From Candidatus Bipolaricaulota bacterium (GTDB lineage: Bacteria; Bipolaricaulota; Bipolaricaulia; Bipolaricaulales; Bipolaricaulaceae): a stretch of DNA of 32,000 nt. The translations under genes and the position numbers were made by a program. Numbering within the stretch: the stretch's first letter is position 1; each line of letters opens with the position of its first letter. Where the stretch lies: positions 36,313 through 68,312 of the forward strand of contig JANXBT010000001.1 of NCBI GenBank assembly GCA_025060415.1, written 5' to 3'. Under the pieces are notes generated by a model. The model saw only the letters and a program-made list of their open reading frames with translations, had not been told where the DNA came from and ran no database searches. This document shows positions 1-7,616 of the stretch, piece by piece.

Positions 1-62
1 GCCACGCGCTCCTCCTCCCAGGAGGCCGGGCCCAGGGTGACCACGATCTTGGTGCGCCGCAC
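1..62 (-). CDS. pyk: pyruvate kinase, first ~20 codons only (gene continues off the left edge)
   Basis: Reverse-strand translation from GTG at 62..60 reads (M)RRTKIVVTLGPASWEEERV. This matches the conserved RRTKIV.TLGPAS N-terminus of pyruvate kinases. The fragment is too short for certainty. Confidence 0.5.
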   Translation of the reverse strand, partial: MRRTKIVVTLGPASWEEERV

Positions 63-134
63 GCCCGGTAGCGTAGGGGAAGGGGCCGGGGGAGGCCAAG
101 TTGCGGCGCCCACCCCCCGGGGATAATTTTTGCG

Positions 135-527
135 ATGGACTTCTCCTTCGGCCGGGAGCACCGCATCACCCGGCAACGCGACGTCGAGCGCCTGTTCCGG
201 GAAGGAAAGCGGTTGGAGGGCCAGCTCTTCTCCTTCCGGGTGCTGCGCAAGGCGGACCCCACCCCGCGCCTCCTGGCGGTGGTGGGCCGGAAGGTGGGGA
301 AGGCGGTGGTGCGTAACCGGGTGAAGCGCGGGATCCGCGAGGGCTTCCGGCTCCATAAGGAGCTCTTCCGCCACCTGGACGTGGCGGTGATCGCCCGGCC
401 CGAGGCGGCCCAACTCCGGCCCGGCGCGATCGCGGAGAGGTGGGTGCGGGAATTCCAGGAGGTGTACGATGGCACGCGAGACCCTGCTCACACGGGAGGG
501 CTACGAGCGGAAGAAGGCGGAGCTTGA
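135..527 (+). CDS. rnpA: ribonuclease P protein component
   Basis: 130-aa basic ORF carrying the RNase P protein RNR motif (AVVRNRVKRGIRE), with typical size. GATAAT at 122-127 sits just upstream of the ATG. The last 59 nt overlap greA out of frame. Confidence 0.85.
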   Translation: MDFSFGREHRITRQRDVERLFREGKRLEGQLFSFRVLRKADPTPRLLAVVGRKVGKAVVRNRVKRGIREGFRLHKELFRHLDVAVIARPEAAQLRPGAIAERWVREFQEVYDGTRDPAHTGGLRAEEGGA

Positions 528-951
528 GGCCAAGGAGCGCCGCCTGTACCAGGAGATCCCCGCGCTCCTGGCCCAGGCCAAGGAGCACTCCGGCGGCGAC
601 TTCCGGGAGAACAAGGAGTACCTGTACCTGGTGGAGGAGCAGGAGCTCCTGGAGCGGGAGGTGCGGGCCCTGCGCGAGCTTTTGGCCAACGCCCGCCTCA
701 TCTCCGAGGAGGAGATCCGCACGGACGAGGTGGGCATCGGCTCCCGGGTCATCCTCAAGGACATCGAGACGGGCGAGGAGTGGACGGTGACCCTGGTGCC
801 GCCGGCGGAGGTGGACCTCCTGGAGGGCCGGATCGGCATCGACTCCCCCGTGGGCCGCGCCCTCCTCACCCACGGGAAGGGCAAGCAGGTGGTGGTGCAG
901 GCGCCCGCGGGCAAGATCCGCTACGAGATCCTGGGGATCGAGAGGGGCTGA
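469..951 (+). CDS. greA: transcription elongation factor GreA family
   Basis: 160 aa. LTREGYERKKAELE coiled-coil N-terminus with acidic tip GGDFRENKEY, plus a C-terminal globular domain (IGSRVILKD...SPVGRALL). GGAGGTG lies 4 nt upstream of ATG 469. Confidence 0.85.
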   Translation: MARETLLTREGYERKKAELEAKERRLYQEIPALLAQAKEHSGGDFRENKEYLYLVEEQELLEREVRALRELLANARLISEEEIRTDEVGIGSRVILKDIETGEEWTVTLVPPAEVDLLEGRIGIDSPVGRALLTHGKGKQVVVQAPAGKIRYEILGIERG

Positions 952-2420
952 TGCCCGAGCAGGAGCTCATCGCCGTCCGAAAGGAGAAGCTGGCGCGCCT
1001 GCGGGCCCACGGGATCGACCCCTACCCCTACCGCTTCCCCCGCACCCACACCGCGGCCGAGCTCCACCGGAGCTTCGGCCACCTGGGCCCCGGCAGCCAC
1101 ACGGGCCAAGGGGTGGCGGTGGCCGGCCGGATCCTGGCCCTGCGGCGCATGGGCCGCCTCACCTTCGCCGACCTCCACGACCGCTCCGGCCGCATCCAGA
1201 TCCTCGCTGCCCCCCAGACCCTGGGCCCGGAGGCCTACGCGTTCTGGCTCGAGCACCTGGACATCGGGGACCTCGTGGGCGTGCGGGGGGAGGTGTTCAC
1301 CACCAAAACGGGGGAGCTCAGCGTGGCCGCGCAGGAGCTCGTGCTTTTGGCCAAGGCCCTCCGCCCCCTCCCCGAGAAATGGCACGGTCTAAGGGATGTG
1401 GAGACGCGCTACCGCGAGCGGGCCCTGGATTTCCTGGCCAACCCCGAGAGCCGGGCCATCCTCCTCAAGCGGGCCGTGATCCTCCGCACCCTCCGCCAAT
1501 ACCTGGACGCGCGCGGGTTCATCGAGGTGGAAACCCCCATCCTCCAGCCCATCCCGGGCGGGGCCTCGGCCCGGCCCTTCGTCACCCACCACAACGAGCT
1601 GGAGCGCGACCTTTATTTGCGCATCGCGCCCGAGCTCTACCTCAAAAGGCTCCTTGTGGGCGGCCTGGAGAAGGTCTACGAGATCGGCCGGAACTTCCGC
1701 AACGAGGGCATCTCCTCCGAGCACAACCCGGAGTTCACCGCCCTCGAGGCCTACGAGGCCTACACGGACTACCTGGGGATGATGGAGCTCGCGGAGGGGC
1801 TGATCGAGGCGTGTGTCCTTGCCGTGGCCGGAAGCCACCAAATAGAATACCAGGGCCGGATGCTCGATTTTTCCCGGCCTTGGCGTCGGGTTCCGCTTTT
1901 GGAGCTCGTGGCGGAGGCGAGCGGCTGCGACGTGGAAAAGCCGCTTCCGGAGCTCCTGGCGGAGCTGGAGCGGAAGGGGATCCCCGTGCCGGAGCACCTC
2001 CGCCGCGGCCCTAAAGGCAAGGTCATCGAGCACCTCCTGGAGACCTGCGCGGAAAAGGAGCTCTGGCATCCCACGTTCGTCCTGGACTACCCTGTGGACA
2101 TCTCGCCCCTGGCCAAGCGCAAGCGGGGCCGGCCCGACCTCACCGAGCGTTTCGAGCTGTACATCGCCGGGAAGGAGGTGGCCAACGCCTTCTCCGAGCT
2201 CAACGACCCGGAGGAGCAGCGCGAGCGCTTCCTGGCCCAGGAGCGGCTGCGGGCCCAAGGGGATGAGGAGGCCCAGCGGATCGACGAGGACTTCCTGCGC
2301 GATCTGGAGCTGGGGATGCCCCCGGCCGGAGGGATCGGGATCGGCATCGACCGCCTGACCATGATCCTCACCAACGCCCCCTCCATCCGGGAGGTATTGG
2401 CCTTTCCCCTCCTGCGATGA
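951..2420 (+). CDS. lysS: lysine--tRNA ligase, class II
   Basis: The ORF-track start at 780 is rejected. ATG 951 overlaps the greA stop (TGATG) and gives MPEQELIAVRKEKLARLR... The N-terminal OB anticodon-binding region, class II motifs (FRNEG, GGIGIGIDRL) and ~489 aa length are all typical. Confidence 0.95.
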   Translation: MPEQELIAVRKEKLARLRAHGIDPYPYRFPRTHTAAELHRSFGHLGPGSHTGQGVAVAGRILALRRMGRLTFADLHDRSGRIQILAAPQTLGPEAYAFWLEHLDIGDLVGVRGEVFTTKTGELSVAAQELVLLAKALRPLPEKWHGLRDVETRYRERALDFLANPESRAILLKRAVILRTLRQYLDARGFIEVETPILQPIPGGASARPFVTHHNELERDLYLRIAPELYLKRLLVGGLEKVYEIGRNFRNEGISSEHNPEFTALEAYEAYTDYLGMMELAEGLIEACVLAVAGSHQIEYQGRMLDFSRPWRRVPLLELVAEASGCDVEKPLPELLAELERKGIPVPEHLRRGPKGKVIEHLLETCAEKELWHPTFVLDYPVDISPLAKRKRGRPDLTERFELYIAGKEVANAFSELNDPEEQRERFLAQERLRAQGDEEAQRIDEDFLRDLELGMPPAGGIGIGIDRLTMILTNAPSIREVLAFPLLR

Positions 2421-3007
2421 GGGTGGGGGACGCGCTACGGCGGTGGGAGGAGCGGGGGCTGGCGCGCCTGGACCGCGCCGTGGAGCGGGTCCTCCTGTGG
2501 GACGAGCGGGCCCTGGAGCGGGTGAGCGCCGCGCCGGCCCTGCGGCGGATGGGCCTCCTGCTCCTGGCCGCCACCTACGTGGGGTACGGCTACGTGTGGG
2601 CGGCGCTGGCCCTGGCCCTGATCCTGTTCGGCAGCCCCCGGGACCAGCTGAACGTCCTCCTGGGCTTGGCCGTGCTCATCGTGGTCATGGCCGTGGGCCA
2701 GGCCTTGAAGCACCTCGTGGCCCGGCCGCGGCCCGCCTTCCTCCGCCGCGGCTTCCACCACCAGTTCCTCACCCCCTCCTCCTTCCCCTCCAACCACACC
2801 GCCGTGGCCTTCGCCTTGGCCTACGTGGTGGTCCGGCTCTATCCCGCCTGGCACACCGCCCTCCTCCTCTACGCCCTGGCCGGGTTGATCGGCCTTTCCC
2901 GGGTGTACCTGCGGGAGCACTACCCGCTGGATGTGCTGGGGGGAGCGGCCCTGGGCACGTACCTGGCCCACGGGCTCCTCCCGTGGTTGGCGCGCTGTGT
3001 GGGCTGA
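2417..3007 (+). CDS. PAP2-family membrane phosphatase (phosphatidic acid / undecaprenyl-diphosphate phosphatase-like)
   Basis: Shows the three PAP2 motifs KHLVARPRP, PSNH and SRVYLREHYPLD, and several hydrophobic helices. ATGA start/stop overlap with lysS. Confidence 0.8.
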   Translation: MRVGDALRRWEERGLARLDRAVERVLLWDERALERVSAAPALRRMGLLLLAATYVGYGYVWAALALALILFGSPRDQLNVLLGLAVLIVVMAVGQALKHLVARPRPAFLRRGFHHQFLTPSSFPSNHTAVAFALAYVVVRLYPAWHTALLLYALAGLIGLSRVYLREHYPLDVLGGAALGTYLAHGLLPWLARCVG

Positions 3008-3023
3008 AGCGAGGTGATCGCGC

Positions 3024-4241
3024 GTGCTACGTTTTGCGGAGCGGACCAGAGGGGCGAAGCGCTCGGCCATCCGGGAGCTTTTGAAGTACACGGAGCAGCC
3101 CGAGGTGATCTCCTTTGCCGGCGGGCTGCCGGACCCCGCCACCTTCCCCTTGGAGTTCCTGGCCCGGGTGGCCCAGGAGGAGATCCTCCACAACGCCGTG
3201 AAGTCCCTGCAGTACACGACCACAGAGGGGAAGCGCCCCCTGCGCGAGGCCCTGTCCCGCTGGCTGGCGGAGGAGGGCATCCACGCCACCATGGACCAGA
3301 TCGTCATCACCAACGGGGCGCAGCAGGGGCTGGACCTGGTGGGCCGGGTGTTCCTGGACCCCGGGGACGCCGTGTTCGTGAGCCTCCCGGACTACCTGGG
3401 TGCCCTGCAGGCCTTCCGCGCCTACCAGCCCACCCTGGTGGGCGTCCCCCTGGAGGAGGACGGCATGGACCTGGAGTTCCTGCGGAAGGCCATCCGGGAG
3501 GCCCGGCGGGCCGGCCACACGCCCAAGCTCATCTACACCGTCCCCGACTTCCAAAACCCCACCGGGATCGCCTGGAGCGAGGAGAAGCGCCGGGAGCTCC
3601 TGGAGATCGCCCGCGCCGAGGACCTTCTGGTGGTGGAGGACATCCCGTACCGCTGGCTGCGGTACCGGGGGGAGCCCCTCCCCACCCTCGCCTCCCTGGA
3701 TGAAGAGGGGCGGGTCCTCGTCCTCCTCACCTTCTCCAAGATCCTGGCGGCGGGGCTGCGCGTGGGCGCCCTGGTGGGCCCCCAGGACGTGGTGCACATG
3801 GTGGTGACCCTGAAGCAGGGGGCGGACCTGTGCGGGGCCTCCCTCACCCAGCGCCTCGTCGTCCGCTTCCTCACCGAATACGACCTGAAGAGCCACTTCG
3901 CCTTCCTGTGCCGGCATTACCGGGCGAAGCTCGAGGCCATGCTGGCGGCGCTGGAGCGGTACATGCCGGCGGAAGCGCGGTGGACGAGGCCGGAGGGCGG
4001 GCTTTTCGTGTGGGCCACGCTCCCCGAGGGCGTGGACACCGCCCGGATGCTGGAGCGGGCCCTGGCCCACAAGGTGGCCTACGTCCCAGGGCAGCCCTTC
4101 TTCGCCGACGGCTCCGGCGCCAACACCCTGCGCCTGTCCTTCGCCCTGGCCAGCCCGGAGGAGATCGAGGAGGGGATCAGGCGGCTGGGCACGGTGGTCA
4201 AGGAGGAGATCGCCGCCCTGTCCCTGGCTCAGCGGAGCTAA
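3024..4241 (+). CDS. PLP-dependent aminotransferase, class I/II (2-aminoadipate/LysN- or KAT-II-like)
   Basis: 405 aa. SAIRELL...ISFAGGLPDP N-terminus and TFSKILAAGLRVG (PLP-lysine context) resemble LysN/MocR-type catalytic domains without an HTH. GTG start with GAGGTGA 6 nt upstream. Confidence 0.85.
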   Translation: MLRFAERTRGAKRSAIRELLKYTEQPEVISFAGGLPDPATFPLEFLARVAQEEILHNAVKSLQYTTTEGKRPLREALSRWLAEEGIHATMDQIVITNGAQQGLDLVGRVFLDPGDAVFVSLPDYLGALQAFRAYQPTLVGVPLEEDGMDLEFLRKAIREARRAGHTPKLIYTVPDFQNPTGIAWSEEKRRELLEIARAEDLLVVEDIPYRWLRYRGEPLPTLASLDEEGRVLVLLTFSKILAAGLRVGALVGPQDVVHMVVTLKQGADLCGASLTQRLVVRFLTEYDLKSHFAFLCRHYRAKLEAMLAALERYMPAEARWTRPEGGLFVWATLPEGVDTARMLERALAHKVAYVPGQPFFADGSGANTLRLSFALASPEEIEEGIRRLGTVVKEEIAALSLAQRS

Positions 4242-4247
4242 GCCCCA

Positions 4248-4279
4248 AGGGCGGGAGGAGCTCCCGCCCTTCTTTTTTG
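4248..4279 (+). terminator. rho-independent terminator after the aminotransferase gene
   Basis: GGGCGGGAG (4249-4257) pairs with CTCCCGCCC (4261-4269) across a 3-nt loop, followed by TTCTTTTTTG. An A-rich tract on the other side (read on the minus strand) could give weak bidirectional function for the convergent ABC ATPase gene. Confidence 0.7.
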
Positions 4280-4292
4280 CCCCCTTCCCCGC

Positions 4293-5396
4293 CTAAATGA
4301 TGGCCCGCTCCGTGTCCCGGTCGAAGAGGTGCATGTGCTCCAGGAGGGCCACGAAGGTCACCTCCTGGCCGGGCGCGAGGGAAAGGCGCGGGTCCAGTTT
4401 GGCCACGATCTCATCGCCCGCCACGTCGGCGTAGACGATGAGCTCGTCCCCCAGGGCCTCCCGCACCTTGACCCGGCCCAGGAAGGTCCGGCCCGGCAGG
4501 GGCTCCCGCACCGTGTCCAGGGTGCGGATGTCCTCGGGCCGGATGCCGAACACCACCTCTTTCCCCAGATAGCTGCGCACCTCCGGGGTCACCTTCTCCG
4601 GCGGCATCCAGAGCTTGAACCCCCGGCCCTGGAGCCACACCCGGCCGTCCTCCTCCACCAGGCGGACGGGCACGAAGTTCATGGGCGGGGAGCCGATGAA
4701 CCCGGCCACGAACATGTTGGCCGGCTGGTCGTAGATCACGCGCGGGCTGTCGTACTGGAGGACCTGGCCGTCCTTCATCACCGCGATGCGGTGCCCCAGG
4801 GTCATGGCCTCCACCTGGTCGTGGGTCACGTAGATGGAGGTGGTCTTGAGCCGCTGGTGGAGCTCCTGGAGCTCGGCGCGCATGCGCACCCGAAGCTTGG
4901 CGTCCAGGTTGGACAGGGGCTCGTCGAACAGGAACACCTTGGGGTTGCGCACGATGGCCCGGCCCAGGGCCACGCGCTGGCGCTGCCCGCCGGAAAGTTC
5001 CCGGGGCTTGGCCCGCAGCTTGTCGGCGATGCCCAGCATCTCCGCCACTTCCCGCACCCGCCGATCGATCTCCTTCTTGGGGACCTTGCGCAGCTTCAGG
5101 CCGAAGGCCATGTTGTTGTAGACGTCCATGTGGGGGTAGAGGGCGTAGTTTTGGAACACCATGGCGATGTCCCGGTCCTTGGGGGGGACGTCGTTCACGA
5201 GGCGGCCGCCGATGTAGATCTCGCCCTCCGTGACCTCCTCCAGGCCGGCGATCATGCGGAGGGTCGTGGTCTTGCCGCAGCCCGAAGGCCCCACCAGCAC
5301 CACGAACTCGCCGTCCTTGATCTCCAGGGAGACCTTGTTGACCGCCACAAAATGCCCAAACTTTTTGGTCACCTCTTTGAGGACGACCTCCGCCAT
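4293..5396 (-). CDS. sugar ABC transporter ATP-binding protein (MalK/MsiK/UgpC type), stand-alone
   Basis: Walker A GPSGCGKTT, signature LSGGQRQR, Walker B VFLFDEPLS, H-loop VTHD, and a C-terminal MalK-type regulatory domain. The ORF-track start (5495) is rejected because AAGGAGG lies 6 nt upstream of ATG 5396 (MAEVVLKEV...). Confidence 0.9.
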   Translation of the reverse strand: MAEVVLKEVTKKFGHFVAVNKVSLEIKDGEFVVLVGPSGCGKTTTLRMIAGLEEVTEGEIYIGGRLVNDVPPKDRDIAMVFQNYALYPHMDVYNNMAFGLKLRKVPKKEIDRRVREVAEMLGIADKLRAKPRELSGGQRQRVALGRAIVRNPKVFLFDEPLSNLDAKLRVRMRAELQELHQRLKTTSIYVTHDQVEAMTLGHRIAVMKDGQVLQYDSPRVIYDQPANMFVAGFIGSPPMNFVPVRLVEEDGRVWLQGRGFKLWMPPEKVTPEVRSYLGKEVVFGIRPEDIRTLDTVREPLPGRTFLGRVKVREALGDELIVYADVAGDEIVAKLDPRLSLAPGQEVTFVALLEHMHLFDRDTERAII

Positions 5397-5457
5397 TCCC
5401 CGCCTCCTTTGCCCCGCTTGAGGGACAAGATACCGCTTGCCGGCCGGGCCCGCAACT

Positions 5458-5736
5458 TCAGCCCCCGCTGATGGGGGTGAAGAAGGTGAGGACATCCCCC
5501 TCGGAAAGCCTCGTGGCCAAGCCCCCGAGGTTGTTCACGTTCTGCCCGTTCAGGAACACGTGAAGGTGGTCCTTCAGCTTCTCCCCCGCGAACAGCAGGG
5601 GGCCGAGGGCGGGATGGTGCGCCACAAGGGCGCGCAGGGCCTGCAGGCAGTCCGCCCCCGCGGGGAGCTCCAAGGCCACCGCCTCCCGCCCCACCGCCTC
5701 CCGGAATTCCCCAAACAGCTTGACTTGGACGCGCAT
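5458..5736 (-). CDS. MoaD/ThiS/SAMP-like ubiquitin-fold sulfur-carrier protein (C-terminal GG)
   Basis: 92 aa: MRVQVKLFGEFREAVG...HPALGPLL...DHLHVFLNGQNV...GDVLTFFTPISGG. It is embedded as the tail of a longer alternate-frame ORF in the track. The ATG overlaps the rarA stop (TGATG) and is preceded by GAGAAGGAGGGG. Confidence 0.8.
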   Translation of the reverse strand: MRVQVKLFGEFREAVGREAVALELPAGADCLQALRALVAHHPALGPLLFAGEKLKDHLHVFLNGQNVNNLGGLATRLSEGDVLTFFTPISGG

Positions 5737-7046
5737 CACCCCTCCTTCTCCCCCCGGATTTTGGCCCGCAGCTCCTTGAGCCGCTCGCGCATCCGCCCCT
5801 CCCAGCCCCGCTCCGTGGGTTGGAAATACTCCCGACCTTGGAGGCTTGGGGGAAGGCAGGGCATGGCCGCCACCCCCTCGGGCAGGTCGTGGGCGTATTG
5901 GTACCCCTGCCCGTACCCGAGCGCGCGCATCGCCTCCGTCACGGGGTTGCGCAGGTGCAGGGGGACCGGCTCGTTGACCGTTTCCTGCACGTCGGCGCGG
6001 GCCGCGAGGTGCGCGCGGTAGAGGGCGTTGGATTTGGGGGCCAGGGCCAAATAGACCGTGGCCTGGGCCAGGGCCAGCTCGGCCTCGGGCAGGCCCACGT
6101 ACTCCACGGCCTGGGCCGCGGCCACGGCCTGCACCAGGGCCCAGGGGTCGGCCAACCCGATGTCCTCGGAGGCCATGCGGATGAGCCGCCGCGCGATGTA
6201 CCGGGGGTCCTCGCCGGCCTCGAGCATGCGCACCAGCCAGTACAGCGCGGCGTCCACATCGGAGTTGCGCACCGACTTGTGCAGGGCGGAGATGAGGTTG
6301 TAGTGCTCCTCGCCGGCCCGGTCGTAGTGGAGGGCCTTGCGCCCCAGGACCTGGCGGAGCTTGGGGAGGTCGATCTCCCCTTCCCCCAGGGCCTCCACGG
6401 CGGTCTCCAGGGCGTTGAGGAGGCGGCGGGCGTCGCCGTCGGCCCGGCGGAGGAGGTATTCCTCCGCCGGCGGGGTCAGGGAGACGCGGCCGCCGTAGCC
6501 CCGCGGATCCTCCAGGGCCCGGCGCAGGAGGACCCGCAGATCCTCCGGGGCAAGGGGCTCGAACACGAAGAGCTGGGCCCGGGAGAGGAGGGCCGAGCGC
6601 AGCACGAACGAGGGGTTCTCCGTGGTGGCCCCGATGAAGTAGACGGAGCCCTCCTCGAGGTAGGAGAGGAGCACGTCCTGCTGGGCGCGGTTCCAGCGGT
6701 GGATCTCGTCGAGGAAGAGGAGGTCGCGGGCGCCCGTGCGCCGCCAGAGCTCCCGCGAGGCCTCCAGGGCCTGGCGCACCTCGGCGACCGTGGCCAGGGC
6801 CGCGGACTTCTGGACGAACTTGGCCCCGAACCGCTGGGCGATGAGGCGGCCGACCGTGGTCTTCCCCGTGCCGGGCGGGCCCCAGAAGATGAGGGGGACA
6901 GCAAGCCCCTTTTCGATGAGGGCCCGCAGGGGGCCCTGGGGGCCGAGGAGGTGGGCCTGGCCCACCACCTCCGCCAGGTCGCGGGGGCGAAGCCGCTCGG
7001 CCAGGGGGGGTCGGGCCTGCCAAAGCCCCTCCATCCCGGAAGGCAT
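5736..7046 (-). CDS. rarA: replication-associated recombination protein A (MgsA/RarA AAA+ ATPase)
   Basis: 436 aa. Walker A GPPGTGKTT, Walker B LLFLDEIHRWN, sensor GATTENP, and the MgsA C-terminal domain (HYNLISALHKSVRNSD, RRLIRMASEDIGLADP). The start could alternatively be ATG 7034. Confidence 0.9.
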   Translation of the reverse strand: MPSGMEGLWQARPPLAERLRPRDLAEVVGQAHLLGPQGPLRALIEKGLAVPLIFWGPPGTGKTTVGRLIAQRFGAKFVQKSAALATVAEVRQALEASRELWRRTGARDLLFLDEIHRWNRAQQDVLLSYLEEGSVYFIGATTENPSFVLRSALLSRAQLFVFEPLAPEDLRVLLRRALEDPRGYGGRVSLTPPAEEYLLRRADGDARRLLNALETAVEALGEGEIDLPKLRQVLGRKALHYDRAGEEHYNLISALHKSVRNSDVDAALYWLVRMLEAGEDPRYIARRLIRMASEDIGLADPWALVQAVAAAQAVEYVGLPEAELALAQATVYLALAPKSNALYRAHLAARADVQETVNEPVPLHLRNPVTEAMRALGYGQGYQYAHDLPEGVAAMPCLPPSLQGREYFQPTERGWEGRMRERLKELRAKIRGEKEG

Positions 7047-7058
7047 TCTACCCCAACC

Positions 7059-7088
7059 TTGACAGGGCCGGCGCGCGGCCGCTAAGAT
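7059..7088 (+). promoter_or_regulatory. candidate sigma70-type promoter of the tRNA cluster
   Basis: TTGACA (7059-7064), an 18-nt spacer, then TAAGAT (7083-7088). The first tRNA starts at 7094. Confidence 0.55.
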
Positions 7089-7093
7089 CGGTT

Positions 7094-7166
7094 GGGCCGT
7101 TAGCTCAACCGGTAGAGCAGCGGACTCTTAATCCGCGGGTTGGGGGTTCGAGTCCTCCACGGCCCA
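7094..7166 (+). tRNA. tRNA-Lys (anticodon CTT)
   Basis: Hand-folded 73-nt cloverleaf. Acceptor GGGCCGT/ACGGCCC, anticodon stem GCGGA/TCCGC, loop CTCTTAA, T-loop TTCGAGT. No encoded CCA. Confidence 0.9.
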
Positions 7167-7179
7167 TTTCCTTTCCTCC

Positions 7180-7252
7180 GGGTCGTTAGCTCAGTCGGCA
7201 GAGCACCGGCCTTTTAAGCCGGGGGCCGCAGGTTCGATTCCTGCACGACCCA
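7180..7252 (+). tRNA. tRNA-Lys (anticodon TTT)
   Basis: 73-nt cloverleaf. Acceptor GGGTCGT/ACGACCC, anticodon stem CCGGC/GCCGG, loop CTTTTAA, T-loop TTCGATT. No encoded CCA. Confidence 0.9.
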
Positions 7253-7255
7253 CCC

Positions 7256-7330
7256 GTCCCCGTCGTCTAGGCTGGCCCAGGACACCGGGCTTTCAATCCG
7301 GAAACGGGGGTTCGAATCCCCCCGGGGACA
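7256..7330 (+). tRNA. tRNA-Glu (anticodon TTC)
   Basis: 75-nt cloverleaf. Acceptor GTCCCCG/CGGGGAC, anticodon loop CTTTCAA, T-arm GGGGG-TTCGAAT-CCCCC. Confidence 0.88.
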
Positions 7331-7332
7331 GA

Positions 7333-7404
7333 GGGCGAGTAGCTCAGGGGCAGAGCATCCGGCTTACATCCGGAAGGCCAGAGGTTCGAATCCTCTCTCG
7401 CCCA
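7333..7404 (+). tRNA. tRNA-Val (anticodon TAC)
   Basis: 72-nt cloverleaf. Acceptor GGGCGAG/CTCGCCC, anticodon stem TCCGG/CCGGA, loop CTTACAT, T-loop TTCGAAT. Confidence 0.9.
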
Positions 7405-7408
7405 AACC

Positions 7409-7438
7409 TTGGCTGGCTGGGCCGGCCCGGGGTACAAT
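7409..7438 (+). promoter_or_regulatory. possible internal promoter in the Val-Asp tRNA spacer
   Basis: TTGGCT (7409-7414), an 18-nt spacer, then TACAAT (7433-7438), inside the only long (44-nt) spacer of the cluster. The next tRNA starts at 7449. Confidence 0.35.
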
Positions 7439-7448
7439 CGCCCCGCAC

Positions 7449-7524
7449 GGGGACGTGGTGTAGCCCGGACTAACACACCGGATTGTCACTCCGGAGATCG
7501 CGGGTTCAAATCCCGTCGTCCCCG
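7449..7524 (+). tRNA. tRNA-Asp (anticodon GTC)
   Basis: 76-nt cloverleaf. Acceptor GGGGACG/CGTCCCC, anticodon stem CCGGA/TCCGG, loop TTGTCAC, T-loop TTCAAAT, discriminator G. Confidence 0.88.
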
Positions 7525-7527
7525 CCC

Positions 7528-7600
7528 GGCGAGGTAGCTCAGGTGGTAGAGCACCCGGCTGAAAACCGGGGTGTCCCCAGTTCGACTCTGGGCCTCGCCA
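7528..7600 (+). tRNA. tRNA-Phe (anticodon GAA)
   Basis: 73-nt cloverleaf. Acceptor GGCGAGG/CCTCGCC, anticodon stem CCCGG/CCGGG, loop CTGAAAA, T-loop TTCGACT. Confidence 0.9.
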
Positions 7601-7616
7601 TTTCCCTTTTCCCGGC

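Noticed and set aside
101-324. An rpmH (L34) gene embedded in rnpA in another frame, as described for Thermus.
   Set aside because: Neither alternate-frame ORF (101-316, 130-324) resembles the Lys/Arg-rich L34 sequence with its KRT.QP...R.HGFR pattern.
780-950. Upstream-extended starts given by the ORF track for lysS (780), thrS (9509), the ABC ATPase (5495), the aldolase-like gene (24779), dsbD (24746), kdgK (19824), phoU (30411) and pstB (31189).
   Set aside because: The extensions are low-complexity or overlap the preceding gene. In each case an internal ATG/GTG preceded by a GGAGG-type SD gives the canonical family N-terminus.
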